Assembly: GCA_965153455.1 (NCBI GenBank)
Contig: OZ234493.1
Span: forward strand, 33,904,213-33,968,212
Direction of reading: 5' to 3'
DNA length: 64,000 nucleotides
From: Sphagnum compactum
Lineage: Eukaryota
The notes beneath the pieces are model-generated. The model made no database searches and was not told where the DNA came from. It was given only the letters and a program-made list of their open reading frames with translations. This document shows, piece by piece, positions 1 to 12,150 of the stretch. A program made the translations under genes and the position numbers. Numbering within the stretch: the first letter of the stretch is position 1; each line of letters opens with the position of its first letter.

Positions 1-647
1 TACCCTAATGCATTCTCAAATGTGCGACGCACCTATTATCATCAACCAAACCCCCATTTCACCATGCTCAAGAACAAGCCTGAACACAACAAGATTCATG
101 ATCCCTTCTCACTTCTGCACTGTACAGAACCCCTAACCCTAAAAAAAATTAAAATGATGATCAAATTTTGCAGTTAAGACTTTGACAGCAGCAAGCAAGA
201 CTCACAAAACACACAAGACATGATCAAGGTTTTCTAGGGTTTCTGAGTTTTTGTACCTCCTACCTTTGATTTCTCCTCCAGAGGAAGAGCAAAGAAGTTG
301 AGGGCGTTTGTCTCCACTTCTTCCAGAAGAGAAAGAGAGATGCCATGGTTGATCACCTGGAAAAACCCCCACTCTTCACATGCTTTACCCACCTGCTTAA
401 CTAGCTGCTCGTGGATCAGAGATTTCCTCCTCTTTCCTTCTTCTCCTTCTTCTTCTTCTTCTTCTTCTTCCCCGGGGTTTTTGTTGCTCCTCCTGAGTGA
501 GCTAAGGTCGATGACAGGCACTTGCTCACCAGCAGCGGTATAGTCGTTGTACTTGCGCGTGGGTCTATGCTCCGGTGGCAACACAAAATCCGGATCGATT
601 TGCAAATTTGCCAGCTGCTGCACCAAGACTGGATCCTCTACACCCAT
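1..647 (-). CDS. 2-oxoglutarate/Fe(II)-dependent dioxygenase (DOXC class), 5' part only; exon 1 647-264, exon 2 32-<1, continues beyond the window
   Basis: ATG at 647 (MGVEDP...). DIOX_N motifs VPVIDLS and ACEEWGFFQVINHGI. Donor AAG|GTAGG at 264/263; acceptor at 34-33 resumes in frame as K|VRRTFENALG(Y), typical of plant 2OGDs. Confidence 0.88.
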
Positions 648-707
648 CTCAAAATTCTCTTTCAAGATCCAAATCCTCGATCTCCTCGCCACCCAAAGCT
701 CCTTCAA

Positions 708-711
<4 letters not shown>

Positions 712-750
<39 letters not shown>
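712..750. repeat. (CT)n microsatellite upstream of the 2OGD start codon
   Basis: Direct dinucleotide run; it explains the spurious RERERE and SLSLSL ORFs. Confidence 0.95.
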
Positions 751-755
<5 letters not shown>

Positions 756-1429
756 CAACAACTCCTACTCAAATCTTTACTTCAAAATCTTCCCTTTCAC
801 AAAATTCTTCCGAAAAGGAACTTGGAACTTCGTATTACTTCTTCTTCTGCAAATGGGTGGCAGATTCTCGCGCAAAAATTCTGTGTGAGCGCAAAAATTC
901 TTCGACAAAACTCTCGCTCTCTTCAAGTGCATGAGAAAACAGTGAATTTATGCAGTCCGTCTGAGCACCAGTTATGTGGCTTTTTATTTTGGTCTGAAAC
1001 AGAACTCTACTTTTACAAGTGATGTATAGCTAGCAACTTATGTGGCTTTTTATTGGAAAGGTTACAAGTGTCAAGGGCAAGGCAAAAAAATCAGCTAAGT
1101 ATTTTTGATGTTTTATGCATGGGGTCAGAAATAGGGCCAAATTCATTTTGATGGAGTTTTTTTTTTCCTCCCCTAAATTTTTTTAGAAAAATAATTTAAT
1201 GTCTTTTTTAATAATAATTGTTTTTGGTGGCTTGGTTAGAGTGGTGGGAGCCCAAGTTTGGGGATAATCTGGAAGTCTCCAGGGCAATTGCCTCCCCCCT
1301 ATGTATAGCCAATAGTGACTTTGCGGGCAGCTTTTTTTTTTTTTTTTTTTGGTTGGCGATGTTTTTATAATAATATTTTGGTCTGAATAAGTAGCCAAAA
1401 ATACAAAAGAATGATTAAAATTTGTACTT

Positions 1430-1505
1430 TCTTTGGTTTTTAGCCAGATTTGGCTAAATCTTCCTATGGATGATCACCACTTTTGGCTGCTGCATCACAA
1501 AAATT
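1430..1505. repeat. Dispersed repeat family with palindromic core TAGCCAAATTTGGCTA; related copies near 13655-13700, 33290-33365 and 59165-59230
   Basis: TAGCCAGATTTGGCTAAATCTTCCTATGGATGATCA here; TTGCCAAATTTGGCTAAATCATATTATGGATCATCA at ~33295; a reverse-orientation copy GATCATCCACAAGAGGAATTAGCCAAATTTGG at ~59200. Confidence 0.6.
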
Positions 1506-2059
1506 CATTAAAAGTAAAGAAAACACTGGCCCCCACACTTGGTGAAGCTTCATTCTTCCTTTAATATATGTAATGTTTTGCAGTTTGCACACCCGAAGGT
1601 GCTTGTGCTTGCACTTGCACTTAGCTGCTTGTTGTTTCCCATGCTCTTTCCTTCTTTTCTTTTGGTGCTTTTGAGGGAGATGAGTGGAGTTCTTTGTACC
1701 TGGCTTTGTAAGGACTCCCCCACTTGCTAGGCTAAAAAGGAGTGAGCCTCGTCTGCTTTTGTTGGACACTTGTGCTTGTGAAATATGCTTTTCTTTACAC
1801 CACCACAAACTGATTGGGTGTTTGTTGTTTGCAGTAAGACAAAATCAGCTGCAAGCAAAAAATTCATGCAAAGAATCAAGTCTAAAGCTCTGAATCAAAC
1901 TAGTTCCTGCCAAACTGCTTATTTTCAGCTGCAAAGTTATGGGTACAGTCGAGCGATCAGCGGCCGAGAACGGCCAGTTTTGGCATGATAGATCATCAAA
2001 TGCTTAATTGGGAATGAAATTTTAACAAAACGAAATAACTAGGACCCATAGTAGTTTTT

Positions 2060-2332
2060 CCACCAATTTTGGTGATAAACTGAGTCTCATCCCCCCGTCT
2101 CCTTTTCCTTGAGTGCCTTCACTGCTGCTACATGTGTTTTCATTGCTCCTACCTGTACGACTGTACAACTGTTATAATTACTCTGGAACCTTGTGCATTA
2201 AATGCTGAGTTTCAGCGTTTCGTACTGAGATTTAATAAAATTTCCTTACTTTGCGGATACTACTCAAAGAGGGGATAGGGGGTGAAAGCAGAGAAAATGA
2301 GGGGTGAAAGAGAGGGTGAGTTTACAGATAAC
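2060..2332 (-). mobile_element. Non-autonomous ~290-bp dispersed element (family A), copy 1, inverted relative to the other two
   Basis: The reverse complement aligns along its length with 10163-10451 and 34353-34642, e.g. AACCTTGTGCATTAAATGCTGAGTTTCAGC versus GCTGAAACTCGGCATTCAATGCACAAGGTT. Confidence 0.8.
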
Positions 2333-5231
2333 GTTATTGTATTAGTCTAGATGCTTGACAGCAGGTGTCAAGGATCCGGCGCTCAAGGACCCAGTTGCTG
2401 GTAGCTTTGCTCTTGTATAGCTGAATTTTGGTTTTTGCTACTAGTGTCTTTTTCCCCCAAATTTTATATTTTGTGAAGGGTAGGATTTTTTTATTTTTTT
2501 TAATTTCTATGAAAAATTTGGAAACATTGCAACTAATGTGCATAAGGGTTATGATAAGCTACAACAAAACAAGCTTAGTCAACATAAGTCCAAAAATACA
2601 CCAAAGATGAACTTGAATGAATGAAGTAGATATGCAAAGAAATATCCAAATATGATTTTACTCACGACACGATTAGAACTCTTGAAAAACATGGAGCAAA
2701 GTGGACAAGAGTATGGGGCCAAGGTTGTACTTCAAACTCATGATAATTTGGTTGAAGAGGGGCCTACCTTTATTTATACCTATTCAAGGAAGGAACTTTC
2801 ATGAGGTCACTTTCCATATATGTCTTATGGACTAAAAGTGGATAGTTTTGAACAAAGTTGATTCATTATGAATGAAAAACAAATGTTCATGATCAATAAA
2901 CTTTATCCATGAATAACAAATTAATCTACATGAATTATCATATCAATTATTATATTTTTTATATTAATTAGTTTGAAATTTTCTTATATATGTTTTGCAC
3001 CCTATTTTGGGGTTGGTTGTTGGATGCCATGTGTGAGACCATGTTGACAAGGAAACAAATTGCATCTCATGTTGTTAGGAATGTTGTCATTTATTGAATT
3101 ATATTTGTTTATCAAATAAATGCTCTTGCATATATATATATGAGATATAATATAAACTCTATCTATAATTGCTTACAATTTTAATTAACATTTTTCTTAC
3201 TTACAACAAGGTTGTAATTAGTGTTGGGCATATATTTTAAAAAGTGAAAATTGGGTAGGGTTTTAGGCCAATTTTCATTTTATCACCAAGTATCACATTT
3301 GTACCTTTGACAATACCATGTTCGAGATTCACCCCAAAGGTTTTTATTAAAATGAGAAGTGGTCACTTGAAAATTATCATTTTTTTAAAAAGGTTGATAT
3401 GTTAGTAGGGCATTAATGAATAGGAAGGTCTAATTTTCAACATAGGGTTGTAGGGGTCCACATTGGGTGATAGGTGGGATCCAAGGTCTAGTATATGTCT
3501 AGTGTTTAAGGTGGTAGGCAGAGTTTCCAAAAAATAAATTAGAAGAAGGATGGAGTATGGCTAAATGACTATTTTTTTACATGTTGAACTTTTACATTTT
3601 TCGTTAGCTAACTCTTATGCTTTTGATCAAAAGGATTGGTAAATCGTTTTTTTAATATCATTAAACATGTGATTGGTGTAAATATCAACATAAAAATTTA
3701 AATGTTTCAATATGAAATAGTATCTAATTAATTAAAAATTGATAAAAATCTAAATGCATGAGAAATGACATTTTGAAAATCAACTCAAATTCTTTTTTTC
3801 AAAATTTTGAAGCCCTTGTTAATTCTTTTAAAATGAAAAAAATGCATGGCAAGAAACCCTTCTTCTACAAAAGCAAAGCCAAAAGGAAACGTAACACAAG
3901 GGCATTATTATAAAATTAACCTTTGAAACCAAATGTTTTCACAATTGCAAAAAACCCTGTAACTATCAGATTTTCAAAAGACATCTATTCCACCTTAACA
4001 TTTTGGCATGAAAGAATGATGTATTCACCATTGTCTTCCATGCTGATTGATTATTATCAAACTTTGTCACCTTCTCATTGAGTTACATCTTTCTCCAAAC
4101 AAACAACTTAAGATGTGCACATATCACATGAGTCTTTATAAAAATTATCCCATTTGTTTTGTTGCATCCAATGCGACCGATCTTCAGAACAAATCTTGGC
4201 ATTAAAACATTGCAAATTGCTTATTTTGATTGACAAATGATGCATCATAACATTTAAAGATTCACTAGATATATAAGAAGATAGTCATTAGTAACAAATC
4301 AAGCCCAACAAATGTAAACATCTAATCATAAGGTTTTCATTTAACACAATTTGCATTTGTACAATTGCACGTTGCAAAACATCAACATTTGACACATTGT
4401 GTGGTGATGCAAAGGTTACATATGCACGTTTTCCACATTGAAAGTTGAAATGCTAGCATATGAGCGAGGGTCATTGATGCAGTTTCTTTAACTCTATGCA
4501 CATTCCCAATAACACAATCTGTCTTTTTTTTTAAGTTGAAAATACATAATGCATTTAATCATGAAATGCCCACCTTGGTGAGAAGTACATGTTCACGATG
4601 TTTTCAAGCTCCTATCAATACCGGGTACATGTATGAAGACCAACAATGCTAGACGTTCGTACTCAAAAAACAAAAGTCACCACCCAATTTTTTTTAAATT
4701 CAAGCCCATTTCCATTGCAAAATGCAAGATCTTTGTGAAATGTGTGGTCGTTGAATCAGAGTTCCTCGATTTGCCTAACAATGAATTCAAAACTCCTCTT
4801 CAGACTAGATGTGTCAAGAAGATGGAAAAATACAAAATATCAAGAAAAAAACATGCTTGCAATTTCATGGGAACAATGTTATTGCAACGAATTGCAACAC
4901 CAATGTTGCAAACATCAAAAGAACTTCAAAACAAGATACCCACCTTCTTCTTCTTCAAGTTGAATCATACAAAAAGTGACGCAAAGCTCAAAAACAATTC
5001 AAAACCTAATACCCACCTTGTTCAAGTTGCATAATTTACAACAATCGACACTTGAAAATTAAAAAGAAGCAAACAATAAACAATGTTTAAAGATTACAAA
5101 ACAACCAAAGAGAAATCCATGTTCGAAAATTGAATTAAGAATGAGCAAAGAGAAAACTAAAAGGTGCCAACATGGTGCCATGAAAAAATTAACAAAGTGA
5201 CAACATGTCAATTATGTGTTCAAAGTTCTTC

Positions 5232-5745
5232 CTAAACAAAATACATATCCAACAAATCCTAAACCCTAACAACTAAACATGTATTATGCATAATTCTTTT
5301 TTCTTTTTTTTTTAATGAACACTATTAGGCAAAGGGATAGCACATAGGATGTTGATGATGGCCTAACAAAATACATATCCAACAAATCCTAAACCCTAAC
5401 AACTAAATATGTATTATGCATAACTCCCTTTTGTTCTTTTTCTTATGAATAATGTTAGGCATAGGGATATCACATATGACGGCCTAACAAAATACATATT
5501 CAACAAACCCTAAACTCTTTATGTATTATGCATAACTCCATTTTCCTTCTTTTTTTTGAAAATCATAAGGATAGCACATATGATGGCCTAACAAAATACA
5601 TAGTCGACATACCCTAACCCCTAATTATGCATAACTCCCTTTTTCTTTTTTTTTATGGCTATTGTTAGGCATATGGATAGCACATAGTATAGCCCAACAA
5701 AATACATATCCGACAAACCCTAACGCTGAATATGTATTATGCAAA
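5232..5745. repeat. Degenerate tandem array, ~4-5 units of ~105-130 bp
   Basis: The motif CCTAACAAAATACATATCCAACAAA...CCCTAA...TATTATGCATAA...GGATAGCACATA recurs at ~5232, 5362, 5483, 5587 and 5694. Confidence 0.85.
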
Positions 5746-6152
5746 GTACAAACTATCCGGATATGGGTTTCCTCCCCATCAGGTCATCATGCACGTCGAT
5801 ATCCGGATATATGTCCATATACCCGGCCAACAATGGAAATGTCCGAGAACTGGTCAAATCCCGGAAGGTTCTGCGAAGATCCCCAAACCCTAATCCCTGA
5901 TTTGCCCTAAAATCGCTTGTTCCCTCTTGTGTCCTCTTTCCCTCCTTCCGTCCCTTCCATTTGTAGACGAAGAAGCTCGTGGATCAGACTCTGAGCGTCG
6001 CATCCGCAATGGCGATGTCATTTTTTCTCGCGCGCCATCTTCTTTGTTTGCTGCTTTGATCGCGGTTGTCTAAAGAATTAGAATTTGCTTTTTTTTCCTC
6101 GACAGAAAGCGTGAAAATTGAGTCACGTTAGTTTTTGGGCCAGTTTTCGGCG

Positions 6153-9082
6153 ATGGCGGAGCAAGCAGCAGGAGCTGGTAGTACGGCTGTGGATGTTACA
6201 GATTCTCTGGAACTGAAGAAAGACGGTGAGAAAGTAGTGGATGGGGAATTGAGAAGAGGTGAAGAAGAGACGCGCGGTGCAGGAGGAGAGGAGGAGATTC
6301 AGAAAAATGTGGTTAACAAGGACCAGGCGCCATCTCCACCACCACCTAAGAAACTGTGGGCTGACGTTGAATTCGGTGACGAGCTGGAGGCCTTAACCGT
6401 AACGGAGCCTGAGAAGAAGCAACAACAACAGGAAGAAGAAGAAGACGTGGTGGACACTTCGCCTGCTGAGACGGGAGGCAGCAAAACTCTCAAGTTCGTT
6501 GGAGCTTTGGAAGCTGAAACTGAGATAAAGAAGGTACGCAATGGGGCTCACGATGGATGTCAATGGATGGAGTCAGGGTTATGTTGCAGTGGTAGATTTG
6601 GGGTTTAGGGTTTAGGAATGAGGGATGAGGGATGCAATGCAATTTCCGACATCCCAGGTATTATTATTATTTTCATCATGAGGGGAAGTGCAGGTGGTAG
6701 CAGACGACACCCCTTACACATCTGCAAAATCCTTCGAGGACTTGAAGCTGTCGCCTGAGCTTCTGCAGGGTTTGTACTCTGAGATGAAGTTTGAGAAACC
6801 CAGTAAGATCCAGGCAGAAACTCTGCCCATGATTGTTACACCTCCTTATAAGAACCTGATTGCCCAAGCACACAATGGCTCCGGAAAGACCACTTGCTTT
6901 GTGCTCGGTATGCTGAGCCGCGTCGACCCGAAGATGAAAGCTCCACAAGCACTTTGTGTTTGCCCAACACGAGAGCTTGTCATCCAGGTACATCACAGAG
7001 AATCTAAACCCATCTTCTTTTCTGGCTGCTTAGGGTTTAGGGTTAAGGGCACGAGCAGGATCAGCCTTTGAAATATGGAGTTGTTGTTGTTGACTGGACA
7101 AGCAGAATGAAGAGGTGGTGTTGAGGATGGCACGATATACAGGTGTAACAACTGCAAGCACAGCCAATGCTGATAGTAACCCCTTGTCTACCTCAAGCTC
7201 ACGATTAGGCAAGATTGTTGACCAGGTTGTCATCGGCACTCCTGGCACATTGAAGCGATGGATGACGAGAGACCGGATTCTTGAAACTAAGCATATCAAG
7301 ATCCTTGTCTTTGATGAAGCTGATCAAATGCTTGCCCAGGTACTGAAATTTCAACCACTATGCAAGTGTGTATGTATGGAATTGAAGTCCTAGGTGAAGT
7401 GCTTCTCAGAGTGTGGCCTTCGCTTGTTGTGCATGCAGGATGGGTTCCAAGACGATTCCATGAGAATGCTAAAAAATATTGAACGAAGTCATGGGAACTT
7501 GCAAGTACGTGGAGTCATGACCTGGTCACATTATGTGAGAATTGCAGTTAAAGAGGACCTGTTGATGAGTCAATACCTGCTGCAAATGTAGTACCTGTTG
7601 ACAAGGCAAAATGCAAGTAAGTGTTGCAAGGTCCAGTATGGCTGAGGTTTTGCTCATTACTTGTCTTTCTTTTGCCAGGTGTTGCTCTTCTCAGCAACAT
7701 TTAGTGATCAGGTGAAAGATTTTGCTCTGAGAACAATCCCCCGGGCAAACTACATATTTGTAGAAAAGGAAGCGCTTTCACTGGATGTGATCAAGCAGTA
7801 CAAAATCCACTGTCCTACCTCCTCTGCAAAAATTGACACCCTGAAAGATCGAATCTTCCCAGCAGCTGAAAAGCTGGGTCAGTCTATCATATTTGTGCGC
7901 ACACGGGGCAGTGCTAGTGAGCTTCACAAACGTTTGGAAGCAGATGGCCACAAGTGCACCAGTATACAAGGGGGTCTTACCCATGAGGAGCGTGACCGTG
8001 TGATCCGAGAGTTTCGCTCAGGCAGGACAAAGATTTTGATTGCCACAGATGTTCTTGCCCGAGGTTTTGATCAGGCTCAGGTATTTGGTTTCCCTCTTTA
8101 GTCTTCTTGTGGATTATGTTCATGGTGTTCAAACTTCTCCTCAGTCTTTTCTCTGTTTTTAGTTTGGGTCTCCTTTTTTTGAAGAACTTTTCCATGTTCA
8201 GTGATACGTTGTTGGACCTGAAATCTCTATAACCTTGTTTTCTGGGCATCTCTCAATTCTATTCAGGTTGACTTGAATTGTAAGTATTTTGAAGCTCTCA
8301 ATACTTAATGAAGATACCTCCTTATGGACTCTGCCTCTTTGGCCTGTTGGTGATCCTCCTGTCTGGCTGTGCAGGTCACATTGGTGGTCAACTATGATAT
8401 CCCTGTGAAGAATACTCACCCTTATGAACCTGACTATGAGACATATTTGCATCGAATTGGTCGCAGTGGACGCTTTGGCCGAAAAGGTGTAGCTCGATGT
8501 CCAATATCAAATGATGTGACTTTGTTTAGTTTCTCTCTTCTCTCAGCATTTGACTTCCTGGATGTCTATGCAAACGGTTAGCTGAGAGGATATGAAGCAC
8601 AGGACAGGGTTAAGATTTGAGGCCACAACTCTTTTTAAGACCTGCATTACTTGGATATCTTTCTTGATATTTTAGTTCAGTTTGGGGAAGGTTTTGGCCT
8701 CCTACTGAATATTGTGGGGGTAGTTGTTCCCTTCATTACATGCTCGGTTGGGTTCTTAACATTATGGCTACTTTTCCAGGTGCGGCTTTCAATTTGCTGG
8801 TCAATGAACAAGATGAAAGGAACTTGAGGAAGATTGAGCGTCATTTCAACAAAATGATTCCTGATGTAAGGCTGTCATTTTGACTTTGGGGTCTCATGAG
8901 AAATGGGGGATTGACTTTAGTGTTCTTGCATAACTCACCCTAGAAATGTGTTTTTTAAAATTTGTATTCTGGTGGAGATCTCTTCCTTGTCTGATATCCA
9001 GTTGTTTGCTTTTGTTCGGCAGGTGGCATGGGATGATGACAATGGGATTGAGCAAGTTTTGAAGGATGCTGGCCTTGCATAG
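6153..9082 (+). CDS. RH38: DEAD-box ATP-dependent RNA helicase 38 (LOS4/DBP5-like mRNA export helicase); exons 6153-6533, 6694-6987, 7106-7339, 7439-7504, 7679-8080, 8375-8486, 8780-8865, 9023-9082
   Basis: Motifs: Q (FEKPSKIQ), I (AHNGSGKT), Ia (PTREL), Ib (GTPG), II (DEAD), III (SAT), V (ARGFD), VI (HRIGRSGR). All introns are GT-AG and keep the frame; stop TAG at 9080-9082. Confidence 0.93.
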
Positions 9083-9968
9083 TGCACTTTCATAATTTTT
9101 GTTGAAGATACAAAGTTGCATTTTACATCACCAGAATGCCTAGCTTTTCCCTCTAGGCTTTTCCATCTTTTCAGGAGAAGAGCCATGACCCAGCCACAAT
9201 AGTTTGGGTAGATAGGGGAATCTAGTTTCAGCGGTTAGTGTTTTGATAATTCCTCTCCAAAGGCATTGGACACAAAGAACTGTCAGAAGTGACAAGAGAA
9301 CCTGAGATGACAATGTTCTCATAGATATAGAAGGGTATTTGTGCCATGAGTGAGACACATACACCACACCTTACTTGCTCACCTAGAATGAACTATACTT
9401 GTTTCAAAGATGCCAGGCACACATGGAGGTAGGAAATGGGTACCAATTTCTCTATTGAACTTAGAGTGTGTATAACCTAACCTGACCACCAGGCAAGTGT
9501 TGTCAAATGTGTGTCGATAAATGCCCCATGTCCCAAGGGGGGTTCCAATGCATGCGTGGATACCTTCCATTCATTGCACATGCAAGCAGGGTTTAAATTG
9601 AAACCTTATTGTCCTTCAAAGGGGGTTTCTAGTATCTAGTTTCTACCAGTGCTTAAATTCATGGCAAAATTCCATTACTGTGTCCCCAAAGGAGTGATAA
9701 TCCAGATGGATCCATATCAAAATTATGAGAACTGAAATCAGATGTTCCATGCATTGTCTAGAGTGATGATGGTTGTCGGAGCTCTCAGATCTGGAGTCAC
9801 ATGGCCAAGACATTCAACAGTAGGGTTGGAAATGATGGAAACCAGGGAAAAGAAAGTGGAGTAAGTGAAGAAAATCTTCATGATACACACACACTCACAA
9901 ATTGGATAACTCAAAAGATAAAACTTTGGGCTGAAAGTGGATAAAATGTGAGATAGAAGATGCTTTGG

Positions 9969-10042
9969 TGGCCCATGCAGGTTTCGAACCTGCGACCTTC
10001 GCGTTATTAGCACGACGCTCTAACCAACTGAGCTAATGGGCC
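9969..10042 (-). tRNA. tRNA-Ile, anticodon AAU
   Basis: Minus strand reads GGCCCATTAGCTCAGTTGGTTAGAGCGTCGTGCTAATAACGCGAAGGTCGCAGGTTCGAAACCTGCATGGGCCA: full cloverleaf, acceptor stem GGCCCAT/ATGGGCC, anticodon loop CTAATAA, T-loop TTCGAAA, and a T4 run ~20 nt downstream. Confidence 0.97.
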
Positions 10043-10162
10043 ATACAGAGACGCTGCTCGACATGTTCTTTCTAACGGTTTTTCGTTCAAAACTCCACAG
10101 ACAGATGAATTCTGTGCTGCAATGGTTTTGGAGTTCAATTATTAAAAGAAAGGAATTCAAAC

Positions 10163-10451
10163 ATTAGAGTTATCGGTAAAGTAACCCTGTCTTCACCCGG
10201 TCTTTGGGCCTCCTTTCACTCCCAATCCCCTCTTTCAGTGGTATGCCTAAAGTAAAGACATTTTATTAAATCTCAGTATGAAATGCTGAAACTCGGCATT
10301 CAATGCACAAGGTTCGAGACTAATTATAGTAGTTGTACAAGTAGGAGCAGTGAAAACATATGTAGCAGCAGTGCAGTGGAGGCGCTCAGGAAAATGGAAA
10401 GACTGAATGAAACTCAGTTTACCACCAAAATTGATGGTTTTCTGAGTCTCA
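10163..10451 (+). mobile_element. Non-autonomous ~290-bp element (family A), copy 2
   Basis: Near-collinear match to 34353-34642, from ATTAGAGTTATC.GTAAAGTAACCCTGTCTTCACCC to AAAATTGATGGTTTTCTGAGT. Confidence 0.85.
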
Positions 10452-11529
10452 AATCAGTGCTGGGTGGGTACCTGCTCTGGTGGGTAAGAACTAAGAACCA
10501 AATCAGATCAAGCAGAACCTGAATCAAAAGCCGGAATCAAATTTGATTTTTACAGAACCAAACTTGGAACTGGATTCTTCAAGATACATGCTTTAGAACT
10601 GGGGTCAATTGAGATTTAACCCCAATAGTTAGCTGCTAGTTCTGATTCTAGTCCAGATTAGTAAAAAACCTGGACCCAAACTTGAACTCTTTCTTTTCTT
10701 TGAAGAATTAAATCCGGAACATTTATGTGTGGAACTGGAACTGCAACATGGAGAGATTTTCATCCTTAACAAATGGTCCTGGAATCTAAAAGACTATGCC
10801 CATTTTGGGTGCTGCAAAAAGTTGCAAATTTCCTTCTACTGGATCAAATTTGCAGCTGTGCATCATAAGGGAAAAAATCTCTCATCTAAAGCCTTTTTTA
10901 AGGGTGACATAAGTTCTGTACAACAACAAACTGCAATTTCCAATATGGATCCACAAATTGAATTAGAATGAATTCCACAAAATATGAATTCACAAATTGA
11001 TTTAGAATGATTTGGAATCCACAAATTGATAGTGGAACTAATTCCTAGACCACTTTGTCGATTCATATTGCAAAATAGAGACTTGGACTATACAAATTGA
11101 TTAATCAAATTCATGCTAAATCATTTTGTGCATTCATTTTTCATTGATGCTGATAATCAAAACTGGTATAGGTGGATCATCACCATGACAATTCCGTGCA
11201 ATCCACTTGAGAATTATGAAAACGTTTCATAATTACCTCACTCCTTTCATCAACCCACTTACATGGATATGAAAAGGCAAATTAACATATGCCTTCTCAT
11301 AACTGAATTTTGCATAATTTGGTTGAATTGAACTCAAAAAATTTATGAAAACAATTCAATTTATTGGAATTCAATTTAAAGTTGCATTGTGCAAATTCAT
11401 TCGATATTAAATCATTCTAATGGAACTTCATTTCTACAAAATCAACTCATGTTTTTCATTAATTCATCATCACTAGTCCTGTGGAGCCCAAGTCGGAAAT
11501 AGAGACTTGAATTATCACAATGTTAATGC

Positions 11530-12150
11530 GTCCAAGCACACTAAAGTATACCCAAAAAAGAGTAGTCCTTGACAAATGCAGAAAATGAAATGCATGAAAC
11601 CAGAACTAGAAAGTATGCGAAAGTATGCATCATCAAAACACCAAAACCCTTGTTCATAAGTTCACTAAAATTTGCACATTACTGCAGAGATGCGCCCACC
11701 ACGTATGGACAGGTCCAAACATGCTAAAGTATACCAGAAAAGTAGTCCTTGACAAAACATTATCAAAACACCAAACCCTCTTCACTCCCAAAAATCTGCA
11801 CACTGCTGCAAATGTCAATACCTTGTTAGCTTGTTGACATGTGCTGAAGAAGTTCAGATGTGCACACCATGTACATGAAAGGGTCCAAGCACACTTAAAG
11901 TATATACCATAGAAGGTATACCATCCTCAATTTCCAATGCAAAATATGATGAAGTGCATGCGAAAACAAAGCTACAAAGTATGCATCATCAAAACACCAA
12001 AACTGGCCTGTTTGAAGTGCTCCCTAAAATCCACACACTAACTGCAGGAGATGGATCCACATTGTCAAATTTACCTTGTTGCAGGTACTCTAGCACAATT
12101 TGCAAGCTTTTCGACATGCACCTGGAAGTTCAGATGTGCCAACCATGTAT
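11530..12150. repeat. Degenerate tandem duplications of the P4H 3' end and downstream sequence
   Basis: The blocks CCAAGCACACTAAAGTATAC, AGTATGCATCATCAAAACACCAAA and AGATGTGC.CACCATGTA each recur 2-3 times; the last occurrence lies inside the P4H coding sequence. Confidence 0.7.

Noticed and set aside
3850-5040. Possible decayed transposase (Cys/His-containing fragments; 133-aa plus-strand ORF)
   Set aside because: No recognisable conserved motif could be assembled.
7556-7649. Possible intronic C/D snoRNA in RH38 intron 4 (TTGATGA...CTGA with a GACC/GGTT stem)
   Set aside because: The C box is imperfect, there are no clear C'/D' boxes, and I recognise no rRNA or snRNA guide; it would need snoscan or Rfam support.
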